A stretch of 64,000 nt of DNA from a bacterium (GTDB lineage: Bacteria; Desulfobacterota_D; UBA1144): contig PAZJ02000005.1 of NCBI GenBank assembly GCA_002715585.2, forward strand, positions 67,482-131,481, written 5' to 3'. The position numbers and the translations under genes are program-made. The notes under the pieces are model-generated. The model was given only the letters and a program-made list of their open reading frames with translations, was not told the DNA's origin and searched no databases. Below, piece by piece: positions 49,666 to 59,433 of the stretch. How positions within the stretch are numbered: the first letter of the stretch is position 1; every line of letters starts with the position of its first letter.

Positions 49666-49914
49666 ATGTCAACAAAGAAAGGTGGCGGTAGCACTAAAAA
49701 CGGAAGAGATTCAATTGGTAAAAGATTGGGAGTTAAGCTTTTTGGTGGCCAAAATGTAAGGTGTGGTGGTATTATTGTCCGACAGAGAGGAACTAAATTT
49801 TATCCTGGTAAAAATGTTGGATTAGGTCGAGATCATACAATTTATGCTTTAATTGATGGTAAAGTCGAATTTATCAAAAAGGGCAAATCCAAAGTATTTG
49901 TTAATGTAGCTTGA
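49666..49914 (+). CDS. rpmA: Ribosomal protein L27
   Basis: [30 protein letters not shown]. Confidence 0.95.
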   Translation: MSTKKGGGSTKNGRDSIGKRLGVKLFGGQNVRCGGIIVRQRGTKFYPGKNVGLGRDHTIYALIDGKVEFIKKGKSKVFVNVA

Positions 49915-49968
49915 ACTATATAATTAATTTCAATTTATTCTCTCTTTAAATCTGATTATAATATCTCA

Positions 49969-52575
49969 ATGCTATCTAGTGAAATAAGAAGAAGATTTTT
50001 AGATTTTTTTATTGCTAATGGACATAAGCAAATAAATAGTTCAGGTCTGATACCTTCTGAAGATCCTACTTTATTATTTACTAATGCCGGCATGGTTCAA
50101 TTTAAAGATACCTTTTTGGGATTAGAAAATAGAGAATATTTTAAGGCTTCATCGTGTCAAAAATGCTTACGTGCTGGGGGAAAGCATAATGATTTAGAAA
50201 ATGTAGGTAGGACTTCTAGACATCACACATTTTTTGAAATGTTAGGTAATTTCTCTTTTGGGGACTATTTTAAAGATGATGCAATAAAGTTTGCATGGAC
50301 ATTTTTGACCGATATTTTAAAAATTCCAAAAGAAAAATTATTTATAACTATTTTTGAAAATGATGATGATGCAGAAGCTATTTGGCTAAAGTATGTTGAT
50401 AAAAACAGAATCTTTCGCTTAGGTGAAAAAGATAATTTCTGGTCTATGGGTGATACCGGACCTTGTGGTCCATGCTCTGAAATACTTTATGATATGAGCT
50501 TAGATACCGTTGATGAATTAAATATCGATATATCTGATGGAGAGAAATACTTAGAGATCTGGAATCTTGTCTTCATGCAATATAACAGAGACATCGAAGG
50601 GAATCTTGAAGATTTGCCCAAGCCCAGTATTGATACTGGAATGGGGCTAGAAAGGTTAGCTTCAATATTACAAAAAGTTAAGAGTAATTATGATACTGAT
50701 CTGTTCACATATCTAATTGATTTTTGTTCTGAAGAAAATAATATTCGTTATGGAAAAGATGTTAATACAGATATTTCATATAGAGTTTTAGCAGATCATG
50801 CAAGAGCTGCAACATTTTTAATTTCTGATGGTGTAACTCCTTCAAGTGATGGTAGAGGTTATGTTCTTCGTAGAATACTAAGAAGAGCAATAAGGCATTA
50901 TAAAATGCTGGGAATTAATGAACCATTTATATATAAAATGTCAGAGTTAGTAGTAAAAAACATGAAAGATTTTTACGTCGAATTGGAAAAGAATTCAGAC
51001 AATATTTTATCAATAATAAAAAACGAAGAGGAAAAATTTTTAAGTACTATAGACAAGGGACTAGAGCATTTAAATATTTTTCTTAAAAATTCATCAGACT
51101 CAAAGATTCTTGGTGGAGATTGTATTTTTAAACTTTATGATACTTATGGCTTTCCTGTAGATTTGATTGAGGACATTTTAAAAAATAGCGATTTTGCCAT
51201 GGATATAAAAGGCTATGAAGAAGAAATGTTAAAACAAAGAAATTCTTCAAAAACATCATCAAAATTTAAAGCTTATTTTAATGAAAACTTAAATTTAGAT
51301 ATCATATCAAAAAAAATTAAAGAAGGATTTCAAGGTTATAAAAGTTTTCAAACAAAATCTAAACTGATAGGAATTATAAAAGATAATGAAATCGTTGATA
51401 TTGCATCTAAAGGAGAAAGGATAAGTTTGATTTTTGATAAGACTCCTTTTTATGCAGAAAGTGGAGGTCAGATAAGTGATAAAGGCCAGGCACTATATGA
51501 AAATAAGAATATTGAGATATTTGATGTACAAAAAACCAAAGAAAATATCTTTCTTCATGAATCGATATTAAAAAATGGAAGTATTAAAACTGGAGATACA
51601 TTTGATCTAGAAATTGATTTTAATAGAAGAGTTAAAATATCTAGTCACCATACCGCAACACATATTTTACATTATGCACTAAGAGAAGTACTTGGAACTC
51701 ACGTAAGGCAAGCTGGTTCACTTGTTGAGGATTCTAGATTGAGGTTTGATTTTAGCCACTTTAGCAATATATCTGAGGAAATAATAAATAAAATAGAGAA
51801 ACTATGTAATATTAAAATTCAAGAGAATAATGATATTAATATTTTTGAGAATGTTGATTATAAAAAAGCTATAAAAGATGGAGCAAATGCCTTTTTCGAA
51901 GAAAAATACGGTGACTATGTTAGAGTTGTGAAGATTGGTAATTATAGCCAGGAATTATGTGGAGGAACTCATATACAAAAAACAGGGAGCTTGGGTTTAA
52001 TTACTATATCCTCTGAGGGTGCTATTTCATCAGGTATAAGAAGAATTGAAGCTTACACATCTGTTGATGCCTATGATTATTATTTGAGTTTAAAAAATAA
52101 TGTTTATAAATCATCTCAACTTTTGGGATCTTCTATTAACCATGTACCTGATGAGATTGATAGAATTAAGAAAGAAAATAAAGAGCTAAAAATTAAAATT
52201 AATAATTTTGAAAAACTAAAGTCTAGAGATATTGCCAAGAATCTCGATCAGAACTCAATTTTAATAAATGGAATAAAAGTTATAACATATTTATCACAAG
52301 AGACATCAGCAGACGAGTTAAAGTCACTATGGGATGAAATTAAAAAAAATCATGACAATATTATTGGTATTTTGGGATCAAATAATGGAAATAAATCTGT
52401 TTTAATATGTGCATCAAATATGAGTGGTTCAAGTTTTGATTGCAAAAAAGCTATAAATCTTATTTCCGAGGAATTTGGAGGAAGAGGTGGGGGAAATAAA
52501 AATTTGGCACAAGCTGGTTGCAAGAAAATATCTGATTTAAAAATAGCTATTGAAGTGATTAGAAATCTGCTTTGA
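49969..52575 (+). CDS. alaS: Alanyl-tRNA synthetase
   Basis: HHTFFEMLGNFSFGDYFK, WSMGDTGPCGPCSEI, editing-domain HHTATH..CGGTH. Confidence 0.95.
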   Translation: MLSSEIRRRFLDFFIANGHKQINSSGLIPSEDPTLLFTNAGMVQFKDTFLGLENREYFKASSCQKCLRAGGKHNDLENVGRTSRHHTFFEMLGNFSFGDYFKDDAIKFAWTFLTDILKIPKEKLFITIFENDDDAEAIWLKYVDKNRIFRLGEKDNFWSMGDTGPCGPCSEILYDMSLDTVDELNIDISDGEKYLEIWNLVFMQYNRDIEGNLEDLPKPSIDTGMGLERLASILQKVKSNYDTDLFTYLIDFCSEENNIRYGKDVNTDISYRVLADHARAATFLISDGVTPSSDGRGYVLRRILRRAIRHYKMLGINEPFIYKMSELVVKNMKDFYVELEKNSDNILSIIKNEEEKFLSTIDKGLEHLNIFLKNSSDSKILGGDCIFKLYDTYGFPVDLIEDILKNSDFAMDIKGYEEEMLKQRNSSKTSSKFKAYFNENLNLDIISKKIKEGFQGYKSFQTKSKLIGIIKDNEIVDIASKGERISLIFDKTPFYAESGGQISDKGQALYENKNIEIFDVQKTKENIFLHESILKNGSIKTGDTFDLEIDFNRRVKISSHHTATHILHYALREVLGTHVRQAGSLVEDSRLRFDFSHFSNISEEIINKIEKLCNIKIQENNDINIFENVDYKKAIKDGANAFFEEKYGDYVRVVKIGNYSQELCGGTHIQKTGSLGLITISSEGAISSGIRRIEAYTSVDAYDYYLSLKNNVYKSSQLLGSSINHVPDEIDRIKKENKELKIKINNFEKLKSRDIAKNLDQNSILINGIKVITYLSQETSADELKSLWDEIKKNHDNIIGILGSNNGNKSVLICASNMSGSSFDCKKAINLISEEFGGRGGGNKNLAQAGCKKISDLKIAIEVIRNLL

Positions 52576-53455
52576 TATCCATGCTAATTAAAATTTTTCT
52601 GATTTTATTTATTGCGCCTTTTTCAATTTGTCTTACTCTTTCACGAGATATGTTAAATTTTTTTCCAATATTTTCTAAAGTTTCTTGCTCGTCGGATAGT
52701 AACCTTTTTTCAACAATATATTTCTCCCTATCATTTAAAATAGTAAAAGCCTTTTCTAGACCTTCTTTTAAACTATCACTTTGTTGGTTGGAAATTGTTA
52801 TATCCTCCTGTGATTTATCGCCGGATTCAAGAAATTCAATTTTGGTTTGAGTCTCTCCTTCTCGAACCTCGTCATCTAACGAGAAATCCTTACCGCTCAT
52901 TCTCATATCCATTTCTCTAATTTCTTTTATTGAAACTTTTAAATCATTTGATAGTTTTTTATAATATTCTTCTCTCGTGAGATTACCATCATCATATTTA
53001 TTTTTTGCAGATCTAATTTTATAAAAAAGTTTCCTTTGTGCTTGAGTTGTACCAATTTTAATTAAACTCCAATTCTTCATAATAAAATTTTGTATATATG
53101 CTCGAATCCACCATACACCATATGAAATTAATCTGTACCTTTTTGTTGGATCAAATTTAGTTATTGCTTTCATTAAGCCTAAGTTACCTTCTTGAATTAT
53201 ATCCATAATATTTAAACCATAATTTTGATATTCAACAGCAATTTTAACAACGAACTTCAGATTGGATGTTATGAGCTTTCTAGCGGATTCTACATTACCA
53301 GTTTCTCTATAATCTAGGGCATATTTCATCTCCTCTTCTTTTGTGAGAATTTTATAGTTACTAATCTCTGCCAAGTATTTTTCCAACGAACTGGCTGGTA
53401 CAGGCAAATTCTTATTTTCTTTAATTATATTTAGCTTCTTTTTTTTATTTACCAT
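52559..53455 (-). CDS. rpoH: RNA polymerase sigma-32 (heat-shock sigma factor)
   Basis: Sigma70 regions 2-4 plus an RpoH-box-like QAQRKLFYKIRS. The 3' end overlaps alaS by 17 nt. Confidence 0.85.
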   Translation of the reverse strand: MVNKKKKLNIIKENKNLPVPASSLEKYLAEISNYKILTKEEEMKYALDYRETGNVESARKLITSNLKFVVKIAVEYQNYGLNIMDIIQEGNLGLMKAITKFDPTKRYRLISYGVWWIRAYIQNFIMKNWSLIKIGTTQAQRKLFYKIRSAKNKYDDGNLTREEYYKKLSNDLKVSIKEIREMDMRMSGKDFSLDDEVREGETQTKIEFLESGDKSQEDITISNQQSDSLKEGLEKAFTILNDREKYIVEKRLLSDEQETLENIGKKFNISRERVRQIEKGAINKIRKILISMDIKADF

Positions 53456-53508
53456 TAATAAATTTGTATTATACTTTTTAACAAATTTTTTTAAAGAAAT
53501 AACTAAGC

Positions 53509-53537
53509 TTGACTGTTTATCACATATACATTAAATT
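53509..53537 (+). promoter_or_regulatory. Candidate promoter for tRNA-Asn
   Basis: TTGACT-N17-TAAATT, 19 nt upstream of the tRNA 5' end. Confidence 0.4.
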
Positions 53538-53556
53538 CTTACTTTTACTTAATGAT

Positions 53557-53628
53557 TCCGGAGTAGCTCAGCGGCAGAGCAGGTGACTGTTAATCACTTG
53601 GTCGGGGGTTCAAATCCCTCCTCCGGAG
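53557..53628 (+). tRNA. tRNA-Asn (anticodon GUU)
   Basis: Hand-folded: TCCGGAG/CTCCGGA acceptor, anticodon arm GGTGA-CTGTTAA-TCACT, T arm GGGGG-TTCAAAT-CCCTC. Confidence 0.9.
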
Positions 53629-53646
53629 CATTAAAAGGAGCAAATT

Positions 53647-54039
53647 ATGGCAAGATATACTTTAATAACTGGTTTTATTCTGATCCTACTCGGTCTATAC
53701 GGATATTTTTCCTATAATACGATAACCGTGTTGATACCCGCATTTATTGGAACCCTAATAGCGTTTCTTGGTATCATGGCTTTTAATGAAAAAAGAAAAC
53801 GACTATTTATTCATATCGCAATAGTTGTAGTAGTGGTAGGTTTATCCGCTAGTGCTAAATCTCTTCCTTCCATACCAGGATTAATTGATTGTTTTAGTGA
53901 TCCTACTTTGGACATAGCAAGTTGTCCAAAATTTCAGAGACCTTTAGCTGAGCTATTTAAATCAATTATGTCACTAGTTTTAATTCCTTATGTGCTTGTA
54001 TCCATAACATTTTTTATAAAGTCTAGGCTTTCTAAATAA
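53647..54039 (+). CDS. Hypothetical 4-TM membrane protein
   Basis: 130 aa; AAGGAG SD; four hydrophobic helices; no motif I can place. Confidence 0.6.
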   Translation: MARYTLITGFILILLGLYGYFSYNTITVLIPAFIGTLIAFLGIMAFNEKRKRLFIHIAIVVVVVGLSASAKSLPSIPGLIDCFSDPTLDIASCPKFQRPLAELFKSIMSLVLIPYVLVSITFFIKSRLSK

Positions 54040-54053
54040 TAAGATGTTTTTTT

Positions 54054-54062
54054 TGGTATAAT
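54054..54062 (+). promoter_or_regulatory. Extended -10 element (TGgTATAAT) upstream of umuD
   Basis: A perfect TGnTATAAT whose last base is 6 nt before ATG 54069. The -35 is poor (it overlaps the upstream stop codon). Confidence 0.4.
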
Positions 54063-54068
54063 TTACTC

Positions 54069-54518
54069 ATGTCTAAAAACAATAGGAGCTCATTGATTGT
54101 GTTAGATATCAAATCTATAGCAAATAAAAAAGGAGTGGAGCTACCCTTCTTTACGGCCAGAGTTCAAGCCGGATTTCCTTCCCCTGGAGATGATTATGTC
54201 GAAAGCAATCTTGATTTAAATCAATTGCTTATAAAGAATCCATCCGCAACTTTTTTTGTTAAAGTCGAAGGAGAATCAATGTTTGATGCTGGTATAACAA
54301 CAGGAGATACCCTTATAGTCGATAGAGCGCTAGAAGCTAAAGATAAGAATATTGTGATAGCATCTATCAATGGTGAATTAACAGTCAAAAGAGTGTGGAT
54401 TGCTAATGGAAAAGTATTTCTCAAGCCCGAAAATAATGATTTCTCTCCCATAGAAATAACCGAAGAGATGGATTTTGATATTTGGGGAGTTGTTACATAC
54501 GTGATTCATAAAGTTTAA
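54069..54518 (+). CDS. umuD: UmuD (S24 self-cleaving peptidase, Pol V accessory subunit)
   Basis: VQAGFPSP (Ala-Gly cleavage site), GESM (Ser nucleophile), ELTVKR (Lys). Alternative starts TTG 54093 / GTG 54099 follow AGGAG 54084-54088. Confidence 0.88.
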   Translation: MSKNNRSSLIVLDIKSIANKKGVELPFFTARVQAGFPSPGDDYVESNLDLNQLLIKNPSATFFVKVEGESMFDAGITTGDTLIVDRALEAKDKNIVIASINGELTVKRVWIANGKVFLKPENNDFSPIEITEEMDFDIWGVVTYVIHKV

Positions 54519-54519
54519 A

Positions 54520-55785
54520 ATGAGAGATTGTATAGCCCTTATAGATTGTAATAATTTTTATGCTTCCTGTGAAAGAGTTTTTGATCCCCATTTAAAAAAT
54601 AAGCCAATAGTAGTTCTTTCAAATAATGATGGTTGTATAATTGCTAGATCTAATGAAGCTAAAACTCTGGGAATTAAAATGGGAGAGCCATATTTTAAAT
54701 GTAAAAATCTAATCAAGCAGGAGAACGTTAAAGTTTTTTCCTCAAATTACACATTATATGCGGATATGTCTAACAGGGTGATGAATATAGTTAAAGAACA
54801 CTTTGTAAACACTGAAGTTTATTCTATAGATGAAGCATTTGTCTCTTTTCCTTCAGAAAATTTATCTGAAATAGAAAATAGATTTATTAAATTAAGGGAT
54901 AAAATCGCTAAGTGGACAGGCATACCTGTATCCATAGGTGTTGCGCCGACTAAAACCCTAGCAAAAGTTGCAAGTAAAATAGCAAAGAAAAGTTCAGGAG
55001 TTTTTTCATTGTTTGATAAAGCAACCAGAAATAAAATTCTGAAAGAACTTCCTATAGGATCGGTTTGGGGTATTGGGCGAAGGTTGAATAAACGTTTTAT
55101 AAGATTAGGAATTTCTAATGCTTATCAATTAAGTACAATGGACCATAAGCATGTTAAAGATCTAACCAATATTAATATTCTTAGAACAGTGCTTGAGCTT
55201 GGAGGTATAAAATGTATTGATATAGATTCACAACCCTCAAACAAGAAGCAGATAACCACTTCAAGAGCTTTTGGAAAAACTGTAACTAATATAAAATTTT
55301 TGGAAGAGGCAGTTTCAGTTTATGTATCCAGAGCGGCAGAGAAACTCAGAATTCAGAACTCTAAATGTTCTATTATCACTGTCGCATTATCGACTAATAG
55401 GTTTGATGAGAAAAATACTCATAAATTTCTTTTTATGACGGAATCTTTAGAATCTTCAACCAGTTCTACTCAAGAATTAATTAGTATAGCAATAAAATTG
55501 TTAAAAAGAATATTTCATAAAGGTCTTATGTATAAAAAAGCCCATATCTTCTTGTCAGGCCTTGAGGATTCTAAGTTCAAGCAATATTCTCTTAAGGATA
55601 ATATAGAAGATATAAAACAGCAGGATAAATTAATGAAAGCATTTGATAAAATAAATAAAACATTTGGTAGTGATACGATGAAATATGCTAATACTGGAAT
55701 ATCAAGAGACTGGTTTATGAAAAGAGAAAGAAAATCAAATAGATACACAACTAATTGGAACGAAATTCTAAAGATTAATTTATAA
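54520..55785 (+). CDS. umuC: UmuC (Y-family translesion DNA polymerase V catalytic subunit)
   Basis: [41 protein letters not shown]. Confidence 0.9.
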   Translation: MRDCIALIDCNNFYASCERVFDPHLKNKPIVVLSNNDGCIIARSNEAKTLGIKMGEPYFKCKNLIKQENVKVFSSNYTLYADMSNRVMNIVKEHFVNTEVYSIDEAFVSFPSENLSEIENRFIKLRDKIAKWTGIPVSIGVAPTKTLAKVASKIAKKSSGVFSLFDKATRNKILKELPIGSVWGIGRRLNKRFIRLGISNAYQLSTMDHKHVKDLTNINILRTVLELGGIKCIDIDSQPSNKKQITTSRAFGKTVTNIKFLEEAVSVYVSRAAEKLRIQNSKCSIITVALSTNRFDEKNTHKFLFMTESLESSTSSTQELISIAIKLLKRIFHKGLMYKKAHIFLSGLEDSKFKQYSLKDNIEDIKQQDKLMKAFDKINKTFGSDTMKYANTGISRDWFMKRERKSNRYTTNWNEILKINL

Positions 55786-56196
55786 AATAATCAACAATAC
55801 TGAAATAGTTTTAAAAAACCAAAGATAGACTCTTATTATATTTGTATCAATAAGCTTTTTTATTATAGTTTCGGATTTACCCGAGGAGAGCTTATTATGA
55901 CAGGGCACTTGAAGTAAAAAAGTCACAATCCATATAGAAAGTACAAGGATTAAATTAATTAAAGGTAAAATTCCGTAATAGAAGAAACAAATCATTATAG
56001 AAGTGGAGGCTTCAATTATCATAAGTGGAATAACCAAATATGATATGCTACGAGTATGAAAAGTATGGAAATCAATAAACTCTTTATCAGATATAAAATA
56101 AAAAGATTTATAGTGAACAAAATGGACAACAAGTATTAATCCCAAAAGTATGGATGATGAAATTAAATTAGAGTAAAATAGAAATAAATACCCCAT
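55780..56196 (-). CDS. Hypothetical 4-TM membrane protein (last gene of the four-gene operon)
   Basis: 138 aa; four hydrophobic helices; [18 protein letters not shown] loop. Family not recognised with confidence. Confidence 0.6.
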   Translation of the reverse strand: MGYLFLFYSNLISSSILLGLILVVHFVHYKSFYFISDKEFIDFHTFHTRSISYLVIPLMIIEASTSIMICFFYYGILPLINLILVLSIWIVTFLLQVPCHNKLSSGKSETIIKKLIDTNIIRVYLWFFKTISVLLIIL

Positions 56197-57377
56197 TAAA
56201 ATATTCCTTTTGCCAAATTTTCTCCAGACTCAATAGCTCCATTTAAAGATGGAGAAGCCAAGAAATCTCCAGAAAAGAAAATCTTATTAGAATATTCCAT
56301 GAAAGAGCAACCGTTGTAATTATAAAAATTATTCATTATAGGTAAAGCTTCATCTATTACAAATCCTTTTAGATATCTTAAATTTTTAATATCATTAAAA
56401 TAACCAATAAATTCTTTTTTCACATCATCTTTTGAACAAGTTCTACTTAAACTTGATATGCAAACATTATATTTGCCATCGGTTAGTTTAATAAAATATA
56501 GGCTTGATATGAGATTAGATTCAGGAAATAAATAAATTATTTTTTCTTCAACATTAGTTGTATCAACAGTAAAATAGAAACAGCTGGTTCCACTATATTT
56601 AATTTCTTTAAAAATATTTCTATTAATTTCAGTATCAAAGGTTGACTCAATATGAGGACTTGTGCAAATCAGCTTATTAAAATTATATTTATTATTATTT
56701 GTACAAATTATTTGATCTTTGGTTACTTTTTTTATTTCAGAATTTAAATTTATTTTAGTAGGATTAATTTTCTTAGATATAGTTTTTGGAATCTCATTTA
56801 TTCCATTTAAAGGTATAGATACTTTACCAGTTGCGAAAAGTTTAAATATAAATAGAAAATAATCTAATGGAACATTTAAAGATTTATCCAGGAAGACTCC
56901 TTGAAAGAAAGATATAAAAAAATCATTTATAAAGGATTTGGAAAACCCAAAATCTTTCAAAAAATTCAGCGTTGTTAGATCTTTTCTTATTTCATTTTTT
57001 ATAAAATAAAGTTTTATCAATAAGATTTTATCTCTAAAAGTAAATCCTGGGAATTTATTATAAATAAGAATGCCTGATAAATTTTTAAGAGGATTTAGCA
57101 ACTTAAAAAAAGTACCATTTTTATTTATTATGAACCCTGATTTAAAATCCATATATTCTATCTCATTAATTTCTGGAAATATTTTCAAACTTGGATAATT
57201 TCTTAGTAATACCTGAAAACCCTTATCAAGGTTTGTTTCACATATTTTGGAAGTTTCAATTTTACCCCCAATATTTATTTTAGAATCAAATATTTTAAAA
57301 TCTATTTCTCTTTTTTGAAGCTCTCTTCCAATAGTAAGCCCGGTTATTCCCGACCCTATTATTATAATATCATTCAT
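56196..57377 (-). CDS. FAD-dependent oxidoreductase, flavin amine-oxidase/PPOX-like fold
   Basis: IIIIGSGITGL..FDSKINIGGK dinucleotide fold; DKGFQVLLRNYPSL; C-terminal FFSGDF..SLNGAIESGENLA. Confidence 0.75.
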   Translation of the reverse strand: MNDIIIIGSGITGLTIGRELQKREIDFKIFDSKINIGGKIETSKICETNLDKGFQVLLRNYPSLKIFPEINEIEYMDFKSGFIINKNGTFFKLLNPLKNLSGILIYNKFPGFTFRDKILLIKLYFIKNEIRKDLTTLNFLKDFGFSKSFINDFFISFFQGVFLDKSLNVPLDYFLFIFKLFATGKVSIPLNGINEIPKTISKKINPTKINLNSEIKKVTKDQIICTNNNKYNFNKLICTSPHIESTFDTEINRNIFKEIKYSGTSCFYFTVDTTNVEEKIIYLFPESNLISSLYFIKLTDGKYNVCISSLSRTCSKDDVKKEFIGYFNDIKNLRYLKGFVIDEALPIMNNFYNYNGCSFMEYSNKIFFSGDFLASPSLNGAIESGENLAKGIF

Positions 57378-58447
57378 TCAATAGGTGGAAAGAACCAGTT
57401 TAGTGGTTTTCCGGCATTTCCATGAACTCCTTTAAAAATTATTGATAAACTAAACATCATAAAGAAAATTATTACTCTCGAAATATTTGGTAAAGTTAAT
57501 AAATAAACTTTCTTATTATTCTCTCTGGTATATATTGACGGTATTGGATAAAAAACATTCTCTATTTTTTCATTAACTTTTATATTTGTATCCTGGTTTT
57601 TCTCAAAAATGCTTAAATTTTCTCTAAATATATTTTCATTTTTTTCTCTTATTTTATTATCTATATTCATTATTCCCCACTGGCTAATTTTTGGTAAAAT
57701 TAGAATATAAAAAAATGATATTAAATTAGAAATTAGGGATAAATTTATTACTATTTCTACGAAACTCAAAGAGCTAAAATATAGAGAGTCAATAACTATT
57801 GTGGAGATTATCGAATTTATTATTATTGATAAAATTGAAACTTTTATATATAGATTTTCTTTTATCATTAATATAATTCTTTCTAAATAAAATTCATAAT
57901 TCTCTTTTTTTTCAGAAAACCAATGATTTGGAATTAAGTATTTATTTGATGTGGCTCCATAATTAATATTAGAAGTCATATATGACGGTGAATTTTTGAT
58001 TTTTAAAAAATTATAATTCTTATATTTAAATGTTTCTTTTTTTAAAAAAATCCTAGAGATTACATTTTGACTAAAGAGAATAAAAATTTGCATAATTATG
58101 CAATAAAAGAAAATTTTAATTGGCGTAAGTATTAATTGGTAATTTTCTAGAAGTAAGTCTAAAATACTTATAGATATATAAAAAATACCAAAAAATATCA
58201 GATTTAAAAAAAAAATTAAGGTTATAGAATGATCTTTGTTATCATTGAGATTTTTGCTTGAAATAATATCTAATATAGTTGTTAAGCCTAAACATAATGA
58301 AAAATAGAAAATAAGAGAAGTAGACTTATTTTCAAATAGCAAATTTATGTGTTTTGCAACGTTAAAGTATATACCAAGTAAAGAAATAAAAACGATTACT
58401 CCAACATAAACTATTCCAAACGAGAGTTTCTTATCTCTAAAATTCAT
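57374..58447 (-). CDS. Hypothetical polytopic (~7 TM) membrane protein
   Basis: ATG 58447 preferred (the track's TTG 58468 is an alternative). Two K/N-rich loops of 60-70 aa; C-terminus GVHGNAGKPLNWFFPPIE. No recognisable family. Confidence 0.6.
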   Translation of the reverse strand: MNFRDKKLSFGIVYVGVIVFISLLGIYFNVAKHINLLFENKSTSLIFYFSLCLGLTTILDIISSKNLNDNKDHSITLIFFLNLIFFGIFYISISILDLLLENYQLILTPIKIFFYCIIMQIFILFSQNVISRIFLKKETFKYKNYNFLKIKNSPSYMTSNINYGATSNKYLIPNHWFSEKKENYEFYLERIILMIKENLYIKVSILSIIINSIISTIVIDSLYFSSLSFVEIVINLSLISNLISFFYILILPKISQWGIMNIDNKIREKNENIFRENLSIFEKNQDTNIKVNEKIENVFYPIPSIYTRENNKKVYLLTLPNISRVIIFFMMFSLSIIFKGVHGNAGKPLNWFFPPIE

Positions 58448-59399
58448 TTTTAATATATTTATTGGCAATAGATATTCCCGATCTTACAGCCCCATCAAAC
58501 TTACCATTTGTAAAAATGTCACCACATAATCCTATAAAGTTGCTATTTTTAATGACTAATGATTCACTATAAGGATAATAATTTTTTGGAACTGAATATC
58601 TCCATTTATGATTTGATAAAACATCATAGTCTTTCCCAAAAATTGAGGTAAGTTCTTTCTCTAGAAGTTTATTTGTTTTATCATATTCCTGATCAAAATA
58701 TTTAAAACTAAATTCTGGTGAACATTGCACCGTATAAAAGTTCTCTTCATTCGAAACTTTTTTTAAAGTATTATCTCCAACCCAAGATATATCTTGATTT
58801 TCATAAATACTTCCAAGTTCTTTATTATATTCAGATATCTTATTTTTAGATTTTATCATCAACACAATACAAGGATCATATTCAAGTTTTGTTAAAACAT
58901 CCATATCTGAATCATTATATTCTATTTGACTATTCTTTAAAATTTCAATTGTCTGAGGCATTGGACATGAAAGAATTATATCATCACATTTTAATGTTTG
59001 AGAGCTTTCAAAATTTAAATCATACTCTCCATTTTTGTCAGAAATTGATAATAATTTATGTTCTTTTTTAACATCAAATTCTTTTAACAAAAATTTTGCA
59101 ATATTCGTCATACCACCAGGCGAGAAAAATTTGTTTGATCCATTGTTGGAGGAAATTATTTTTTCGTCTAAAAGTGTTTGAATTTGAGGTAGATCTAATA
59201 AAGTACTTATATCAAAATACTGTGCGCCATGATCGAATTTTCCATTTTCCGCTCTTCGGGTTGCTAGCCTACCTCCTAAACCTCTAGCTTTATCAAACAG
59301 CACAACATTTATATTTTTTTGTGATTTGATTGTAAGAGCAGCAAAGATAGCACTTAATCCACTTCCTGCAATTGCTAATGTTCTTATTGACACATTCAT
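58437..59399 (-). CDS. Renalase-like NAD(P)/FAD-dependent oxidoreductase (COG3380 type)
   Basis: IAGSGLSA..FDKARGLGGRLATRR..FDHGAQYF..HKWRYSVP..GLCGD..DGAVRSG. Confidence 0.75.
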   Translation of the reverse strand: MNVSIRTLAIAGSGLSAIFAALTIKSQKNINVVLFDKARGLGGRLATRRAENGKFDHGAQYFDISTLLDLPQIQTLLDEKIISSNNGSNKFFSPGGMTNIAKFLLKEFDVKKEHKLLSISDKNGEYDLNFESSQTLKCDDIILSCPMPQTIEILKNSQIEYNDSDMDVLTKLEYDPCIVLMIKSKNKISEYNKELGSIYENQDISWVGDNTLKKVSNEENFYTVQCSPEFSFKYFDQEYDKTNKLLEKELTSIFGKDYDVLSNHKWRYSVPKNYYPYSESLVIKNSNFIGLCGDIFTNGKFDGAVRSGISIANKYIKNEF

Positions 59400-59433
59400 A
59401 TTTTAACCAACATTATGTATATTTTTAACACCT

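Noticed and set aside
53990-54110. LexA/SOS operator at the umuD promoter
   Set aside because: I found no CTGT-N8-ACAG, GAAC-N4-GTTC or GTTC-N7-GTTC, and no convincing palindrome. The short TAGAT..ATCTA repeat lies inside the coding region and is too weak.
59400-59433. Metal-sensing (e.g. Mn) riboswitch ahead of the Nramp-like gene
   Set aside because: 34 nt cannot hold such an element.
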